Origin: Gammaproteobacteria bacterium
GTDB taxonomy: Bacteria > Pseudomonadota > Gammaproteobacteria > Eutrophobiales > Eutrophobiaceae
DNA: 64,000 bases
Direction of reading: 5' to 3'
NCBI GenBank assembly: GCA_003250975.1
Contig: QKIY01000033.1
Location: 14,086 to 78,085 of the forward strand
Shown here: positions 7,985-19,040 of the stretch, piece after piece
Layout of the letters: each line of letters begins with the position of its first letter
How positions within the stretch are numbered: position 1 is the first letter of the stretch
Notes under the pieces: model-generated
Seen by the model: only the letters and a program-made list of their open reading frames with translations
What the model was told of the DNA's origin: nothing
Database searches by the model: none
Program-made: the position numbers and the translations under genes

Positions 7985-10642
7985 ATGACCGATTCCGGAA
8001 AAGACATCGACCCGCAGGAAACCCAGGAATGGCTTGAGGCGCTGGAATCCATTCTTGAACGTGAAGGGGTGGATCGCGCGCATTACCTGCTTGAGCAGTT
8101 GATTGCCAAGGCGCGCAAGTCGGGCGCTTATCTGCCCTATAGTGCGAACACGGCCTACCTCAATACTATCCCCCCTTCCAAGGAGGAACGTTCGCCTGGC
8201 GACCCAGGTATCGAGTGGCGAATCCGTTCCCTAGTACGCTGGAATGCCATGGCCATGGTCGTCAAGGCCAACCGAAAGAGCAGCGAGCTCGGTGGACACA
8301 TTGCCAGCTTTGCCTCATCTGCCACGCTTTATGATGTCGGTTTCAATCATTTCTTTCGAGCCCCGACCAAAGAAAGAGGGGGCGATCTGTTGTTTGTCCA
8401 GGGACATTCGGCTCCTGGCATCTATGCCCGCGCCTACCTGACAGGCAGAATTAGCGATGAACAGATCCACAATTTCCGCCAGGAAGTCGACGGTAATGGT
8501 CTTTCCTCTTACCCACATCCTTGGTTGATGCCCGATTATTGGCAATTTCCCACCGTGTCCATGGGATTGGGTCCGTTAATGGCCATCTACCAGGCCCAGT
8601 TCATGCGCTACCTTGAGCACCGGGGCCTGTTGAATACGGAAGGCAGGAAGGTCTGGGCCTTCATCGGCGATGGTGAGATGGACGAACCAGAATCGACCGG
8701 GGGGATCGACCTGGCCGCACGTGAAGGACTGGATAACCTTATCTTTGTCATTAACTGCAACTTGCAACGACTGGATGGCCCAGTGCGGGGTAACAGCAAA
8801 ATCATCCAGGAGCTCGAGGGCCTGTTCCGTGGAGCCGGCTGGAATGTGATCAAGGTCATCTGGGGTTCATACTGGGACCCATTACTGGCGCGTGACACAC
8901 ACGGGCTGCTGCAAAAGCGCATGGAAGAGTGCGTTGACGGCGAATACCAGGCCTTCAAGGCAAATGACGGCAAGTTTGTTCGCGAATACTTTTTTGGTAA
9001 GTACCCGGAACTCAAGGCCATGGTGGCCAATATGTCAGACGAGGATATCTGGCGGCTCAATCGCGGCGGTCATGATCCACACAAGGTCTATGCTGCCTAT
9101 GCCGCGGCCATGAAACACAAGGGACAACCCACCGTTATTCTGGCGAAAACTGTCAAGGGTTACGGCATGGGCGAGGCCGGTGAAGGACAGAACATTACCC
9201 ACCAGCAGAAAAAAATGGGTGAAGCGGCGTTGAAGGCCTTTCGTGATCGTTTCAATATCCCGATCTCGGACAATGAGATTGCCGATGCACCGTTTTACAG
9301 GCCACCGGAGGATAGCCCTGAAATCACCTACCTGAAAGAACGTAGAAAGGCCCTGGGGGGATACTTTTTTGGCAATTTCAAGAAAGCAGCGCCATTACAA
9401 ATCCCTTCCATCGATATCCACAAAAAATTGCTGGAGGGCACCGGCGATCGCGAGATATCGACCACCATGGCCTTTGTCAGGATCCTCGGCGCGCTGACCA
9501 AGGATAAAAATATCGGCAAACATATCGTACCTATCGTCCCGGACGAGGCCCGCACCTTTGGTATGGAGGGTATGTTCCGGCAACTGGGGATCTACTCCTC
9601 TGTCGGTCAGCTCTATGAACCGGTGGATCACGACCAGGTCATGTATTACCGGGAAGATAAAAAAGGCCAGATCCTAGAGGAAGGTATCAATGAAGCGGGC
9701 GCCTATTCATCATGGATGGCCGCCGCAACGGCCTACCGGAATCACGGGATCTTTATGGTCCCGTTCTATATCTTTTATTCCATGTTCGGCTTTCAGCGCA
9801 TCGGTGATCTCGCCTGGGCCTCGGGTGATATGCGTTCAAGGGGTTTTTTACTAGGGGGAACCTCGGGACGTACTACCCTGGCAGGTGAAGGACTGCAACA
9901 CCAGGATGGCCACAGTCACCTGACAGCTTCCACCATCCCCAATTGTGTTTCCTATGACCCCACCTTTGCCTACGAACTGGTGGTGATTATTCAAAACGGC
10001 ATGCAGCGGATGTATGTCAATAATGAAGATGTCTTTTACTACATTACCGTGATGAATGAGAACTATGTCCATCCTGCTCTGCCGGAAGGTGTGGAAGATG
10101 GCATTGTCCGCGGTATGTACCTGTTCCAGAAAACCCCAAAAAAGAAAAAATTACATGTCAGGCTGCTGGGCTCAGGCACTATACTGCGTGAAGTCATTGC
10201 GGCTGCAGCCTTGCTTGAAGAGGATTTTTCCGTTTCCTCGGAGATATGGAGTGTCACCAGTTTTACTGAATTACGCCGAGGCGGGCTGGACGTGCAGCGC
10301 TGGAACATGCTGCACCCTGAAGAGAAACCTCGTACAAGCTATGTCGGTGAATGTCTACAGGGCGCCTGTCCCACGGTTGCCGCTACGGATTATATGAAGA
10401 CTTATGCTGACCAGATCCGGGGCTTTTTCGAAGGCCCCTATATTGTACTTGGCACGGATGGATATGGTCGCAGTGATACGCGTGAACAACTACGCAAGTT
10501 CTTTGAGATCAACCGAAATTATATTGCGCTTGCCGCACTGAAGGCCCTGGCAGATACCGGTGCCATTACCTCATCCACAATCAGCGAGGCGATCAAAAAA
10601 TATGAGATTGATCCCGACAAGCCCAACCCGGTAACAGTGTAA
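7985..10642 (+). CDS. aceE: pyruvate dehydrogenase E1 component (homodimeric type)
   Basis: DIDPQETQEWL, LSSYPHPWLMP, TPP motif GDGEMDEPES, GEGLQHQDGHS, LGTDGYGRSD. Confidence 0.98.
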   Translation: MTDSGKDIDPQETQEWLEALESILEREGVDRAHYLLEQLIAKARKSGAYLPYSANTAYLNTIPPSKEERSPGDPGIEWRIRSLVRWNAMAMVVKANRKSSELGGHIASFASSATLYDVGFNHFFRAPTKERGGDLLFVQGHSAPGIYARAYLTGRISDEQIHNFRQEVDGNGLSSYPHPWLMPDYWQFPTVSMGLGPLMAIYQAQFMRYLEHRGLLNTEGRKVWAFIGDGEMDEPESTGGIDLAAREGLDNLIFVINCNLQRLDGPVRGNSKIIQELEGLFRGAGWNVIKVIWGSYWDPLLARDTHGLLQKRMEECVDGEYQAFKANDGKFVREYFFGKYPELKAMVANMSDEDIWRLNRGGHDPHKVYAAYAAAMKHKGQPTVILAKTVKGYGMGEAGEGQNITHQQKKMGEAALKAFRDRFNIPISDNEIADAPFYRPPEDSPEITYLKERRKALGGYFFGNFKKAAPLQIPSIDIHKKLLEGTGDREISTTMAFVRILGALTKDKNIGKHIVPIVPDEARTFGMEGMFRQLGIYSSVGQLYEPVDHDQVMYYREDKKGQILEEGINEAGAYSSWMAAATAYRNHGIFMVPFYIFYSMFGFQRIGDLAWASGDMRSRGFLLGGTSGRTTLAGEGLQHQDGHSHLTASTIPNCVSYDPTFAYELVVIIQNGMQRMYVNNEDVFYYITVMNENYVHPALPEGVEDGIVRGMYLFQKTPKKKKLHVRLLGSGTILREVIAAAALLEEDFSVSSEIWSVTSFTELRRGGLDVQRWNMLHPEEKPRTSYVGECLQGACPTVAATDYMKTYADQIRGFFEGPYIVLGTDGYGRSDTREQLRKFFEINRNYIALAALKALADTGAITSSTISEAIKKYEIDPDKPNPVTV

Positions 10643-10651
10643 TTTTAGGCC

Positions 10652-11974
10652 GTGAGCAAACCGACTGAAATAACCATCCCGGATATTGGTGATTTCAAAG
10701 ATGTCGAGATCATCGACATTGCAATCACACCCGGCGATCAGATCCGAAAGGAGGATACCCTGCTTACACTGGAAAGTGACAAGGCCAGCATGGACATACC
10801 CTCACCCCTTACAGGCAAAGTCAGCAAGGTCCTGGTCAAGACAGGTGATAAAGTTTCAAAGGGGACGCCGGTTGCGCTTATCGAGGAAACAGGTAAGGAC
10901 AAGCCGGACATGACTACTCCATCCACCAATGTTGCTAAAGATGAAGACCTCGCCGGCAATGAAAAAACTGAACAAGGAACTACACCTGAAACTGCTGCGC
11001 CCGCTATCTATACACCACGCCCTGCGCCGGCGACACCTCAAGGTGCCCAGACAGTCGGCTCCAGCCGCTCGGCGAAGGCACATGCAAGTCCATCGGTTCG
11101 CCAGTTCGCACGTGAACTGGGTGTCGACCTGGGATTGGTCTACGGAACCGGCCCAAAGGGCAGGATCCTCATGGAGGACATTAAGGCCTTTACCAAGAGC
11201 ATGCTCTCAGGCGAAAAACTCGCCGGAAAAGGCGCGTTCTCCCTGCCTGAATCCTCCCCGGTGGACTTCTCAAAATTCGGCAAGACAGAGCTCCGGCCAC
11301 TCGGGCGTCTGAAGCGTCTGGGTGGGCAACACCTGCATAGGAGCTGGATCACTATTCCCCACGTAACCCAGTTTGATGAGGCGGACATTACGGACCTTGA
11401 AGAGTTTCGCCAATCCAAGCTGGACGATGCAAACAGCCAAGGTATCAAACTCACCCTGATTCCCTTCCTGGTCAAGGCCGTCGTGGATGCCTTACAACAG
11501 TTTCCGGAATTTAATGCCTCCCTTAGTCATGACGGTGAAAGCATAATCTTGAAAAAATATTTTCATATCGGTATTGCCGTAAATACTGATGACGGCTTGG
11601 TGGTGCCGGTCATAAAAGACGCAGACAAGAAAGGGCTGTTCGATATTGCCCGGGAACTCGGTGAACTTGCTGAAAAGGCCCGGGAACAGAAATTGAAGAA
11701 GGACGATTTGGAGGGCGGGTGTTTTACCATTACCAGTCTGGGCGGGCTGGGGGGGACGTCCTTCACGCCCATCATCAATGCCCCGGAAGTGGCGATCCTT
11801 GGTGTATCCCGCGCCCAGATGAAACCGGTTTACATGGAAGGCGAACTGGTCGCCAGGCTGACATTACCATTTGCCCTCTCCTATGATCATCGTGTCATCG
11901 ATGGAGTTGCAGGCGCCAGTTTCACCCGTTTTCTGGGCAGCGTGCTGTCCGATATCCGACAAATACTCTTGTAA
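10652..11974 (+). CDS. aceF: dihydrolipoamide acetyltransferase E2 (one lipoyl domain)
   Basis: Lipoyl ESDKASM, E3-binding HASPSVR...GTGPKGRI, catalytic DHRVIDG. Confidence 0.97.
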   Translation: MSKPTEITIPDIGDFKDVEIIDIAITPGDQIRKEDTLLTLESDKASMDIPSPLTGKVSKVLVKTGDKVSKGTPVALIEETGKDKPDMTTPSTNVAKDEDLAGNEKTEQGTTPETAAPAIYTPRPAPATPQGAQTVGSSRSAKAHASPSVRQFARELGVDLGLVYGTGPKGRILMEDIKAFTKSMLSGEKLAGKGAFSLPESSPVDFSKFGKTELRPLGRLKRLGGQHLHRSWITIPHVTQFDEADITDLEEFRQSKLDDANSQGIKLTLIPFLVKAVVDALQQFPEFNASLSHDGESIILKKYFHIGIAVNTDDGLVVPVIKDADKKGLFDIARELGELAEKAREQKLKKDDLEGGCFTITSLGGLGGTSFTPIINAPEVAILGVSRAQMKPVYMEGELVARLTLPFALSYDHRVIDGVAGASFTRFLGSVLSDIRQILL

Positions 11975-11980
11975 CCCATC

Positions 11981-13705
11981 ATGCCTGAAACCAGGGAAAT
12001 CCTCGTCCCCGATATTGGTGATTTTGAAGCGGTAGAGGTAATCGACGTGCTGGTCGCCAAGGGCGATCATATTAATAAGGAAGATCCGCTGATCACACTC
12101 GAGAGTGACAAGGCAAGCATGGACATCCCTTCTCCTGCCTCGGGCACCGTTAAGACCTTGCACATCAAGGCGGGTGACAAGGTCTCTAAAGGCGCGCCGA
12201 TACTGGTGCTAGAAACCTACGGCGAAGACGATACTGTGGAAACCCGAGCGGCTTCTACTATGACAGAGGCCACGCCGCAATCACCGTCAACAGAAGCGGA
12301 CCTGCATGCCGAGATCCTGGTCCTCGGAGCGGGACCGGGTGGCTACACGGCAGCATTCCGTGCTGCGGACCTCGGTAAAAAGACCATCCTCGTGGAACGC
12401 TATCCTGCACTTGGAGGTGTCTGCCTGAATGTCGGCTGCATTCCCTCCAAGGCCCTGTTACATGTGGCCCGGGTGATTTCGGAGATAGGTGACCTCAAGG
12501 CGCAGGGCATCGATCTCGGAACACCCAAAGCCGATACCCGTGCGATCCGCCGCTGGACCGAGAATGTGATTGGCAAACTGACCGGTGGCCTAGCGCGGAT
12601 GGCGAAACAACGCAAGATCACCGTTGTGCAGGGTGTAGGCAAATTCACTTCACCTCATATGATCCGGGTGACGGACGCAAACCGCCAGACAACAACCATA
12701 TCTTTTGAACATGCCATCATAGCGGCTGGTTCCCAGTCTGCCATAATCCCAGGGCTGCCCACCGACCCGCGTATCCTCGATTCAACGTCCGCCCTGCAAC
12801 TCGAGAGTGTCCCCGGACGGCTACTGGTGATTGGCGGCGGGATCATTGGCCTGGAGATGGCAGCCGTCTACCGCGCACTGGGCAGCAGGATCACCGTCGT
12901 TGAAATGCTAGACTCCCTGATCAGCGACTGCGACAGGGACATTGTCCGGCCCCTGCAGAAGCGGATCGCAAAACACTACGACAACATCTTTCTCAAGACC
13001 TCGGTAACCGGCATCAAGCCCGGGAAAAACGGACTCGAGGTCACTTTCGATGGCAAGGATGCACCGGTGAGCGACCGTTTTGACGCGGTCCTCCTGGCCA
13101 TAGGGCGTATTCCCAATGGCGGGCTGATCGATGCCGAACTAGCCGGGGTCGTCGTCGATGAAAAAGGCTTCATCCCGGTAAACGATCAACAACGAACCAA
13201 TGTGCCCCATATCTATGCCATCGGTGACATCACGGGTAATCCAATGCTCGCCCACAAGGCCAGCCACGAGGGCAAATTGGCGGCCGAGGTAATTTCCGGG
13301 CTGAAACGGGGTTTCGACAACCGTGTGATCCCCTCGGTCGCCTATACCGACCCGGAGATTGCCTGGGTGGGGGTCATAGAAGACGTGGCAAAGGCACGGG
13401 GTATTGATTATGGCAAGGGAGTCTTTCCCTGGGCCGCCAGCGGGCGATCTCTCTCACTGGGGCGTGATGAAGGGATGACCAAGATCCTCTTCGACAATGA
13501 CAGCCACCGGATCATCGGCGCGGCGATAGTCGGCCCCAATGCCGGAGATCTGATCGCAGAATGCGCACTCGCCATCGAGATGGGTGCTGATGCAAGGGAT
13601 CTCGGCCTGACCATCCATCCCCACCCGACACTGTCCGAGACGGTTGGCATGGCAGCAGAGGCCTTTGAGGGGACGATCACAGACCTTTACCTACCGAAGA
13701 AATGA
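11981..13705 (+). CDS. lpdA: dihydrolipoamide dehydrogenase E3 with N-terminal lipoyl domain
   Basis: N-terminal ESDKASM lipoyl domain; GAGPGG; GGVCLNVGCIPSK; HPHPTLSE. Confidence 0.97.
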   Translation: MPETREILVPDIGDFEAVEVIDVLVAKGDHINKEDPLITLESDKASMDIPSPASGTVKTLHIKAGDKVSKGAPILVLETYGEDDTVETRAASTMTEATPQSPSTEADLHAEILVLGAGPGGYTAAFRAADLGKKTILVERYPALGGVCLNVGCIPSKALLHVARVISEIGDLKAQGIDLGTPKADTRAIRRWTENVIGKLTGGLARMAKQRKITVVQGVGKFTSPHMIRVTDANRQTTTISFEHAIIAAGSQSAIIPGLPTDPRILDSTSALQLESVPGRLLVIGGGIIGLEMAAVYRALGSRITVVEMLDSLISDCDRDIVRPLQKRIAKHYDNIFLKTSVTGIKPGKNGLEVTFDGKDAPVSDRFDAVLLAIGRIPNGGLIDAELAGVVVDEKGFIPVNDQQRTNVPHIYAIGDITGNPMLAHKASHEGKLAAEVISGLKRGFDNRVIPSVAYTDPEIAWVGVIEDVAKARGIDYGKGVFPWAASGRSLSLGRDEGMTKILFDNDSHRIIGAAIVGPNAGDLIAECALAIEMGADARDLGLTIHPHPTLSETVGMAAEAFEGTITDLYLPKK

Positions 13706-14175
13706 CAGTTGATAAACCAGTAAAGGCACGCTTCTCGATTAACCTGATAGTAAATGCCAGAAACGAGCTCTTGTTGTTGAAACGCAGGCAAACTGCGGAA
13801 CTGGGCCCCGGTCAATGGGGGTTCCCCGCCGGCCATATCCAGGACGTTGAATCTGCTGAAGAATGCTCGGCAAGAGAACTGGCTGAAGAGATTGGTGAGC
13901 AAACTCGCCTGCAACTCCTGCGAACTCTGGGTCCAGTGCGTGACACATTTTATGGAGGTATCTACGATGTCTACCTGTTTCACTACCGCTGGCTAGAGGG
14001 GGAGGTCCGGTTAAACCCGGAACATACCGACTATGCATGGGTCGCCCCGGATGATTATGCCGGGTACGATGTCATGGACGGGATGGATGAAGATATCGCC
14101 CTGTTAAATCTCTGGCCTGTCGGTTATCTTGACCCGGAAAAATTGCCGCCTGCCTTGCGAAAGAATAATAATTAA
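13702..14175 (+). CDS. Nudix hydrolase
   Basis: Nudix box GHIQDVESAEECSARELAEEIG; ATGA overlap with the lpdA stop. Confidence 0.9.
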   Translation: MTVDKPVKARFSINLIVNARNELLLLKRRQTAELGPGQWGFPAGHIQDVESAEECSARELAEEIGEQTRLQLLRTLGPVRDTFYGGIYDVYLFHYRWLEGEVRLNPEHTDYAWVAPDDYAGYDVMDGMDEDIALLNLWPVGYLDPEKLPPALRKNNN

Positions 14176-14957
14176 TGCCTGTCACGCTCCACTACAATAC
14201 CTTTGGCCAGGGCCCGGCCGTCATGATACTGCATGGCCTGTTTGGCTCGTCACGTAACTGGCAGGGCATGGCCAAGCGCCTGGCGGACCGCTACCAGGTC
14301 ATTACCGTTGACCTGCGTAATCATGGGCAGTCCGCGAGTATTGTGACAATGAGTTATCCTGAAATGGCGGCGGATGTCATTCAACTTATCCAGGACTTGT
14401 CACTGGCCGGGGTGCGCCTAGTTGGCCACAGCATGGGCGGCAAAACCGCTATGCAGGCCGCACTTACAGCACCCGGGATAATTGAGAGGCTGGTAGTACT
14501 GGACACCGCACCCGTGTCCTATGCCCACCGTTACGGCAAGATCTTCTTTGCCCTGCGCAACCTGCCACTGAAAGAGATCAGGAACCGAGAAGAGGCCGAG
14601 GCGATGCTAGATGAACAAATTAATGATCTGTTTCTCACGCGATTTCTGCTGCAAAATCTGGTCAGAAATGAAGACCGATTTGAATGGCGCATAAACATCA
14701 AGATAATCGAAGACAATATTGAAACGATCAGTGGCTTCCCTGAAGCGACGCCGGGCATCCACTATGACGGCCCCGCCCTTTTCCTAGGTGGCGCCAATTC
14801 CCATTTCATCCAAGCACAACACTATCCGGATATTCTGTCCCGATTTCCAAATGCTACGATCAGACTGCTAGAAGGGACCGGTCACATGCTGCATGTAGAA
14901 CAGTCGCTTGAGGTTGAGAACAGCCTCAGGGCGTTCCTCGAAACCCAGGCCCTCTGA
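14175..14957 (+). CDS. alpha/beta hydrolase, YbfF/ABHD11 esterase family
   Basis: HGLFGS, DLRNHG, nucleophile GHSMGG, FLLQNL, GHMLH; TAATG overlap with the Nudix gene. Confidence 0.88.
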   Translation: MPVTLHYNTFGQGPAVMILHGLFGSSRNWQGMAKRLADRYQVITVDLRNHGQSASIVTMSYPEMAADVIQLIQDLSLAGVRLVGHSMGGKTAMQAALTAPGIIERLVVLDTAPVSYAHRYGKIFFALRNLPLKEIRNREEAEAMLDEQINDLFLTRFLLQNLVRNEDRFEWRINIKIIEDNIETISGFPEATPGIHYDGPALFLGGANSHFIQAQHYPDILSRFPNATIRLLEGTGHMLHVEQSLEVENSLRAFLETQAL

Positions 14958-15034
14958 TTTTTTCATCTCACTCTTCACGCAATTACTCTGTGCCGTTACA
15001 CTAGCACCCCTTTAACCTTAACCGGGATTATTTG

Positions 15035-16249
15035 ATGTCCGAGAAAAAGATCAGCAAAGTCGTACTCGCCTACTCCGGCGGACTGGATACCTCCGTTATC
15101 CTAGTCTGGCTCAGGGATTACTATGACTGTGAAGTCGTGACCTTTACCGCCGATATCGGCCAAGGCGAGGAACTGGAGCCGGCACGCCAGAAGGCGCAAA
15201 AGCTGGGGGTAAAGGAAATATTCATTGAGGACCTGAAGGAAGAGTTTGTCCGGGACTTTGTTTTTCCCATGTTTCGCGCCAACACCCTCTATGAAGGCGA
15301 ATACCTGCTGGGCACATCGATCGCCCGGCCGCTGATTGCAAAACAGCTGGTCGAGATAGCAAGGGAGACCGGGGCCGACGCCGTCGCTCATGGCGCCACG
15401 GGCAAGGGGAATGACCAGGTCCGGTTCGAACTCGGGGCCTATGCCCTGAACCCGGATATCAGTGTCATCGCCCCCTGGCGCGAATGGGACCTGAACTCAC
15501 GTGAAAAGCTGCTGGCCTATGCCGAACAACACGATATCCCCATAGAGGCGAAGCGCAAAGGGGGATCGCCCTATTCCATGGACGCCAATCTATTGCACAT
15601 CTCCTATGAAGGCGGCGTACTGGAAGATCCGTGGTCCGAACCGGAAGACAGCATGTGGCGCTGGACGGTCTCACCTGAAGCAGCACCCGATAAGAGCGAG
15701 AACATCGAACTCACGTTTGAAAAGGGTGATATTACGGCCATCAATGGCAAGCCCATGACACCGGCGACCGTGCTCGCCACCCTGAACGGTATTGGCGGCA
15801 AACACGGGATTGGCCGTACGGACATCGTCGAGAACCGCTATGTCGGCATGAAGTCCCGCGGCTGCTATGAGACTCCCGGCGGCACCATCATGCTCAAGGC
15901 CCACCGTGCGATTGAATCGATCACCCTAGACCGTGAATTGACCCATCTAAAGGACGAACTCATGCCACGTTACGCCAGCCTGATCTATAACGGCTACTGG
16001 TGGAGCCCGGAGCGCCGGGCCCTGCAGACCCTCATCGATCAGACCCAGGAACGGGTCAATGGAATCGTCCGCCTGCAACTCTATAAGGGCAATGTGATCG
16101 TTAAGGGACGTAAGTCAGATACCGACAGCCTGTTTGATGCCACCATCGCCACGTTTGAGGATGATGCGGGCAGCTATAACCAGAAAGATGCGGAGGGATT
16201 TATCAAGCTCAATGCCCTGCGCCTGCGGATCCAGAACTGGAATAAATAA
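15035..16249 (+). CDS. argG: argininosuccinate synthase
   Basis: [40 protein letters not shown]. Confidence 0.98.
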   Translation: MSEKKISKVVLAYSGGLDTSVILVWLRDYYDCEVVTFTADIGQGEELEPARQKAQKLGVKEIFIEDLKEEFVRDFVFPMFRANTLYEGEYLLGTSIARPLIAKQLVEIARETGADAVAHGATGKGNDQVRFELGAYALNPDISVIAPWREWDLNSREKLLAYAEQHDIPIEAKRKGGSPYSMDANLLHISYEGGVLEDPWSEPEDSMWRWTVSPEAAPDKSENIELTFEKGDITAINGKPMTPATVLATLNGIGGKHGIGRTDIVENRYVGMKSRGCYETPGGTIMLKAHRAIESITLDRELTHLKDELMPRYASLIYNGYWWSPERRALQTLIDQTQERVNGIVRLQLYKGNVIVKGRKSDTDSLFDATIATFEDDAGSYNQKDAEGFIKLNALRLRIQNWNK

Positions 16250-16263
16250 CCCTGCCTGTTTTT

Positions 16264-17496
16264 TCACAGCCTGATCCGCTTTAACAGAGGGACCATGGTG
16301 GTCGTCTGGACAAACAGGGTAAACAACACCACCCCGTAGGCCACCGACTGGATGGTGTACCAGTAATCGAGGCTGACGGGAAGAGAAAGGGCCAAAGCTA
16401 GGGTGACCGTACCCCTGACCCCGCCCCAGCTGAGCAGGAATTGCTCAGCTGGGGAAACTGGTCGCTTGCGCTGAAAGAAATTAATGACTGGAAAAGTGGT
16501 GTAGATTGTCAAAAACCTCGCGGCCAAAACGGAAGCTATACCGACCATCATCGCAAACCATTGGTCAGAAAACATGGTCCAGGTGATCGTAACGCCCGCC
16601 AGTACAAAGATCAGTGCCTCGGCAATGCTGGAGAGAAATTCCCAGACCTGGTTGACCGCCTCACTCCTGTTTTCCTTGATAAAGGCCCAGCCGAAATACC
16701 CGGGGACTAGACCGGCGGCCAACACGGCCATAACCCCTGACAATTTTAGGACTACCTCTGCCAGGATATACGTGAGATAAACACAGCAGGTCGTGACCAT
16801 CAACTGCAGGTATACGTCCCTGACCAGCCGGTTGAGGTATTGCGTAATCATCCCGGTCATCACGCCGACTGCCACGCCGCCGAGGAATATCGACAGGAAA
16901 TTCATCACCACCCCGAACAGTCCCTCAATGCCAGACGTCACGGGGGAGGATACCGTCATGCCGATCAGGATACTGTAAAGGACGATGGCCGTAGCGTCAT
17001 TGAACAAGCTCTCTCCATCCAGCAGGATCCGGAGACGTGTTGGCACATTCATCTTTTCAAACAGGCTGATCACCGCGGCAGGATCAGTCGCTGACAATAG
17101 TGCGCCGGCCAGCAAGGCGGCCAGCCACGGAAATCCGGCCGGATGATTGATCCCGGTATACAGTCCAATGGCTATCACTGCTGTCGAGAGCAACATCAGC
17201 GGAAGTGAGAGGATCATGATAACCATCAGGTTGTCACGCAGTAATCTCAAATCCATCTTTAATGCTGACTGGTAAATCAGGACAGGCAGGATCGCGTAAA
17301 AAATAATGGACTGAAAGTTTTCCCAGCGTATACCGGTATCAAGACCGAACACACGCGTTGTGATTTCAGAACCAATAAATCCGGCAATGATCAACAGAAC
17401 AGGATATGGAAGGCTTAATCTTTCTGCGACCGGTTTCAGCAGGGCTGCCAGCGGCAGTAATACCAGCATGAAAAGTATTGCATTCAAATTGCTCAT
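16264..17496 (-). CDS. CPA1 Na+/H+ antiporter (NhaP-like)
   Basis: SATDPAAV, GESLFNDA, WGGVRG; about 12 TM segments. Confidence 0.9.
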   Translation of the reverse strand: MSNLNAILFMLVLLPLAALLKPVAERLSLPYPVLLIIAGFIGSEITTRVFGLDTGIRWENFQSIIFYAILPVLIYQSALKMDLRLLRDNLMVIMILSLPLMLLSTAVIAIGLYTGINHPAGFPWLAALLAGALLSATDPAAVISLFEKMNVPTRLRILLDGESLFNDATAIVLYSILIGMTVSSPVTSGIEGLFGVVMNFLSIFLGGVAVGVMTGMITQYLNRLVRDVYLQLMVTTCCVYLTYILAEVVLKLSGVMAVLAAGLVPGYFGWAFIKENRSEAVNQVWEFLSSIAEALIFVLAGVTITWTMFSDQWFAMMVGIASVLAARFLTIYTTFPVINFFQRKRPVSPAEQFLLSWGGVRGTVTLALALSLPVSLDYWYTIQSVAYGVVLFTLFVQTTTMVPLLKRIRL

Positions 17497-17546
17497 GGCC
17501 TGGGCGTCTTACCCCCGGTATCAATAGCTGGCCTGTGCGAGCTCCC

Positions 17547-18158
17547 TCAGGCGGTACTGCTCCTGAATCGCCTGGCCAGCCAGTAATCGAAACCCAGATA
17601 CCTGCCACCGCCGCTGAAGAACAACACCAGCAGCATGAAGAAATAGGTCGCGGTAAATTCGATACCATTTTTTAAGATGGTGATCGTTCCCGCCTCTGTC
17701 AGCCAGTCATAATTACCGTGCTCTTCCAGGATCTGGTTGGCTAGTTCCTTCCTGGTAATAGCCTCATCTATCTTTTCCTTTTTCCATTCCCATGGGACCA
17801 TTAATTCCTTCTCGGGTAATACATGCCAGCCATTATCCCAGTGTGCCGTCACTGCGGCCACGACCATGGTAAACATCAGGGGCAACGCAAACCAGCGCAC
17901 GGCCAGGCCAAGGAGGAGACAGCAACCGCCTATGAATTCAATATAACCGGCCAAATAGGCCATGATCGTTGGCGCCGGTATACTGAGGGAAGCAAACCAC
18001 CACCCGATGCTTTCAACATTCGACAGCTTGTTGGCACCTGCAAGTATGAAGATCGGTGCAAGATAGATCCGTAATGCCAGTGGGCCCAGGAAATCCAGTG
18101 CCCTGGTTTTATCAAGCAGATCGGTGGCACGGTTACTGACTTTAATTAAAGCTGACAT
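17547..18158 (-). CDS. DoxX family membrane protein of the MNIO RiPP cluster (HvfX/BufD-like)
   Basis: LRIYLAPIF...AGANKL, EFIGG, HWDNGW, NGIEF; AAGGAG RBS before ATG 18158. Confidence 0.85.
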   Translation of the reverse strand: MSALIKVSNRATDLLDKTRALDFLGPLALRIYLAPIFILAGANKLSNVESIGWWFASLSIPAPTIMAYLAGYIEFIGGCCLLLGLAVRWFALPLMFTMVVAAVTAHWDNGWHVLPEKELMVPWEWKKEKIDEAITRKELANQILEEHGNYDWLTEAGTITILKNGIEFTATYFFMLLVLFFSGGGRYLGFDYWLARRFRSSTA

Positions 18159-18269
18159 AGGTATCTCCTTCATTCGTGATGCGCTGTTGCACCTGCCCTG
18201 AAAGAATATTGTTGTTAAATTTACCTGCCTGTCACCGGATAGCATGCACGCGAATGTTTTTTTACTTGT

Positions 18270-19040
18270 TTAGCCCTGACCCCGGATACCTAGCAAAATA
18301 TCCTTGCGATGCATGTCCTGCATAATGCCATGTCCTCCCTCGATAACGACTGCCGGTTTGGGATGGTTAAGCTCTGCTGCAACCTGCTCCAGCAATTTTT
18401 CCCCGCTTGCTTGTTGATTTTCTTTCATTAGGGCAAGGAGGCGAGCTGCAACAGGGTTTAGTTCAAGAAAGCCCACCTTGTATTGAAGGTCACGATAGAC
18501 AACCAGGTAAGTCAATTGCTCAGGGGCTTCTTTCGGGATGTTCTCCGGGCCAATGGTATGTACTGGATAATGGTAACTGAGCAGCATGATTACAGGATTG
18601 AGCACAGGCACCCCTTTGAGAACATCGCCGTCCCTTGAAATACCTGACATATCTATCTCCCTGCTATCCAGTGATACAGCCAATTCTGCCCATTCATAAT
18701 GGGCAAGCTCCAGAAGAAACGGCGGGTCATTCTCTGAATTGCGTTCACTCTCAAGATAATGAAGAAATTCGAGTGGCATCTTGGGGAATAGGGGAGTATG
18801 TGCCTGATGTGTCTTGAAATAATCACGGATCATCGCATGCCACGCATCATCAGCCGTGATTTTTCGCAGCACCGGGAAACTGGTGGACATGAAATTCTCG
18901 ACATTCCGGTAAAACAGGCCGGTGTAAATCTCCATGCGCCGGGCCTCGATGTCATCGGGCGCCGGATTACCATCCGGGTCCCTGATGTATTGAGTGAACC
19001 GGTATTGTACTCCTTTCAGACCTGACAACCGTTCAGGCAT
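18270..19040 (-). CDS. DUF2063 MNIO partner protein (HvfC/BufC-like)
   Basis: [36 protein letters not shown]; overlaps the DUF692 gene by 8 nt. Confidence 0.88.
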   Translation of the reverse strand: MPERLSGLKGVQYRFTQYIRDPDGNPAPDDIEARRMEIYTGLFYRNVENFMSTSFPVLRKITADDAWHAMIRDYFKTHQAHTPLFPKMPLEFLHYLESERNSENDPPFLLELAHYEWAELAVSLDSREIDMSGISRDGDVLKGVPVLNPVIMLLSYHYPVHTIGPENIPKEAPEQLTYLVVYRDLQYKVGFLELNPVAARLLALMKENQQASGEKLLEQVAAELNHPKPAVVIEGGHGIMQDMHRKDILLGIRGQG

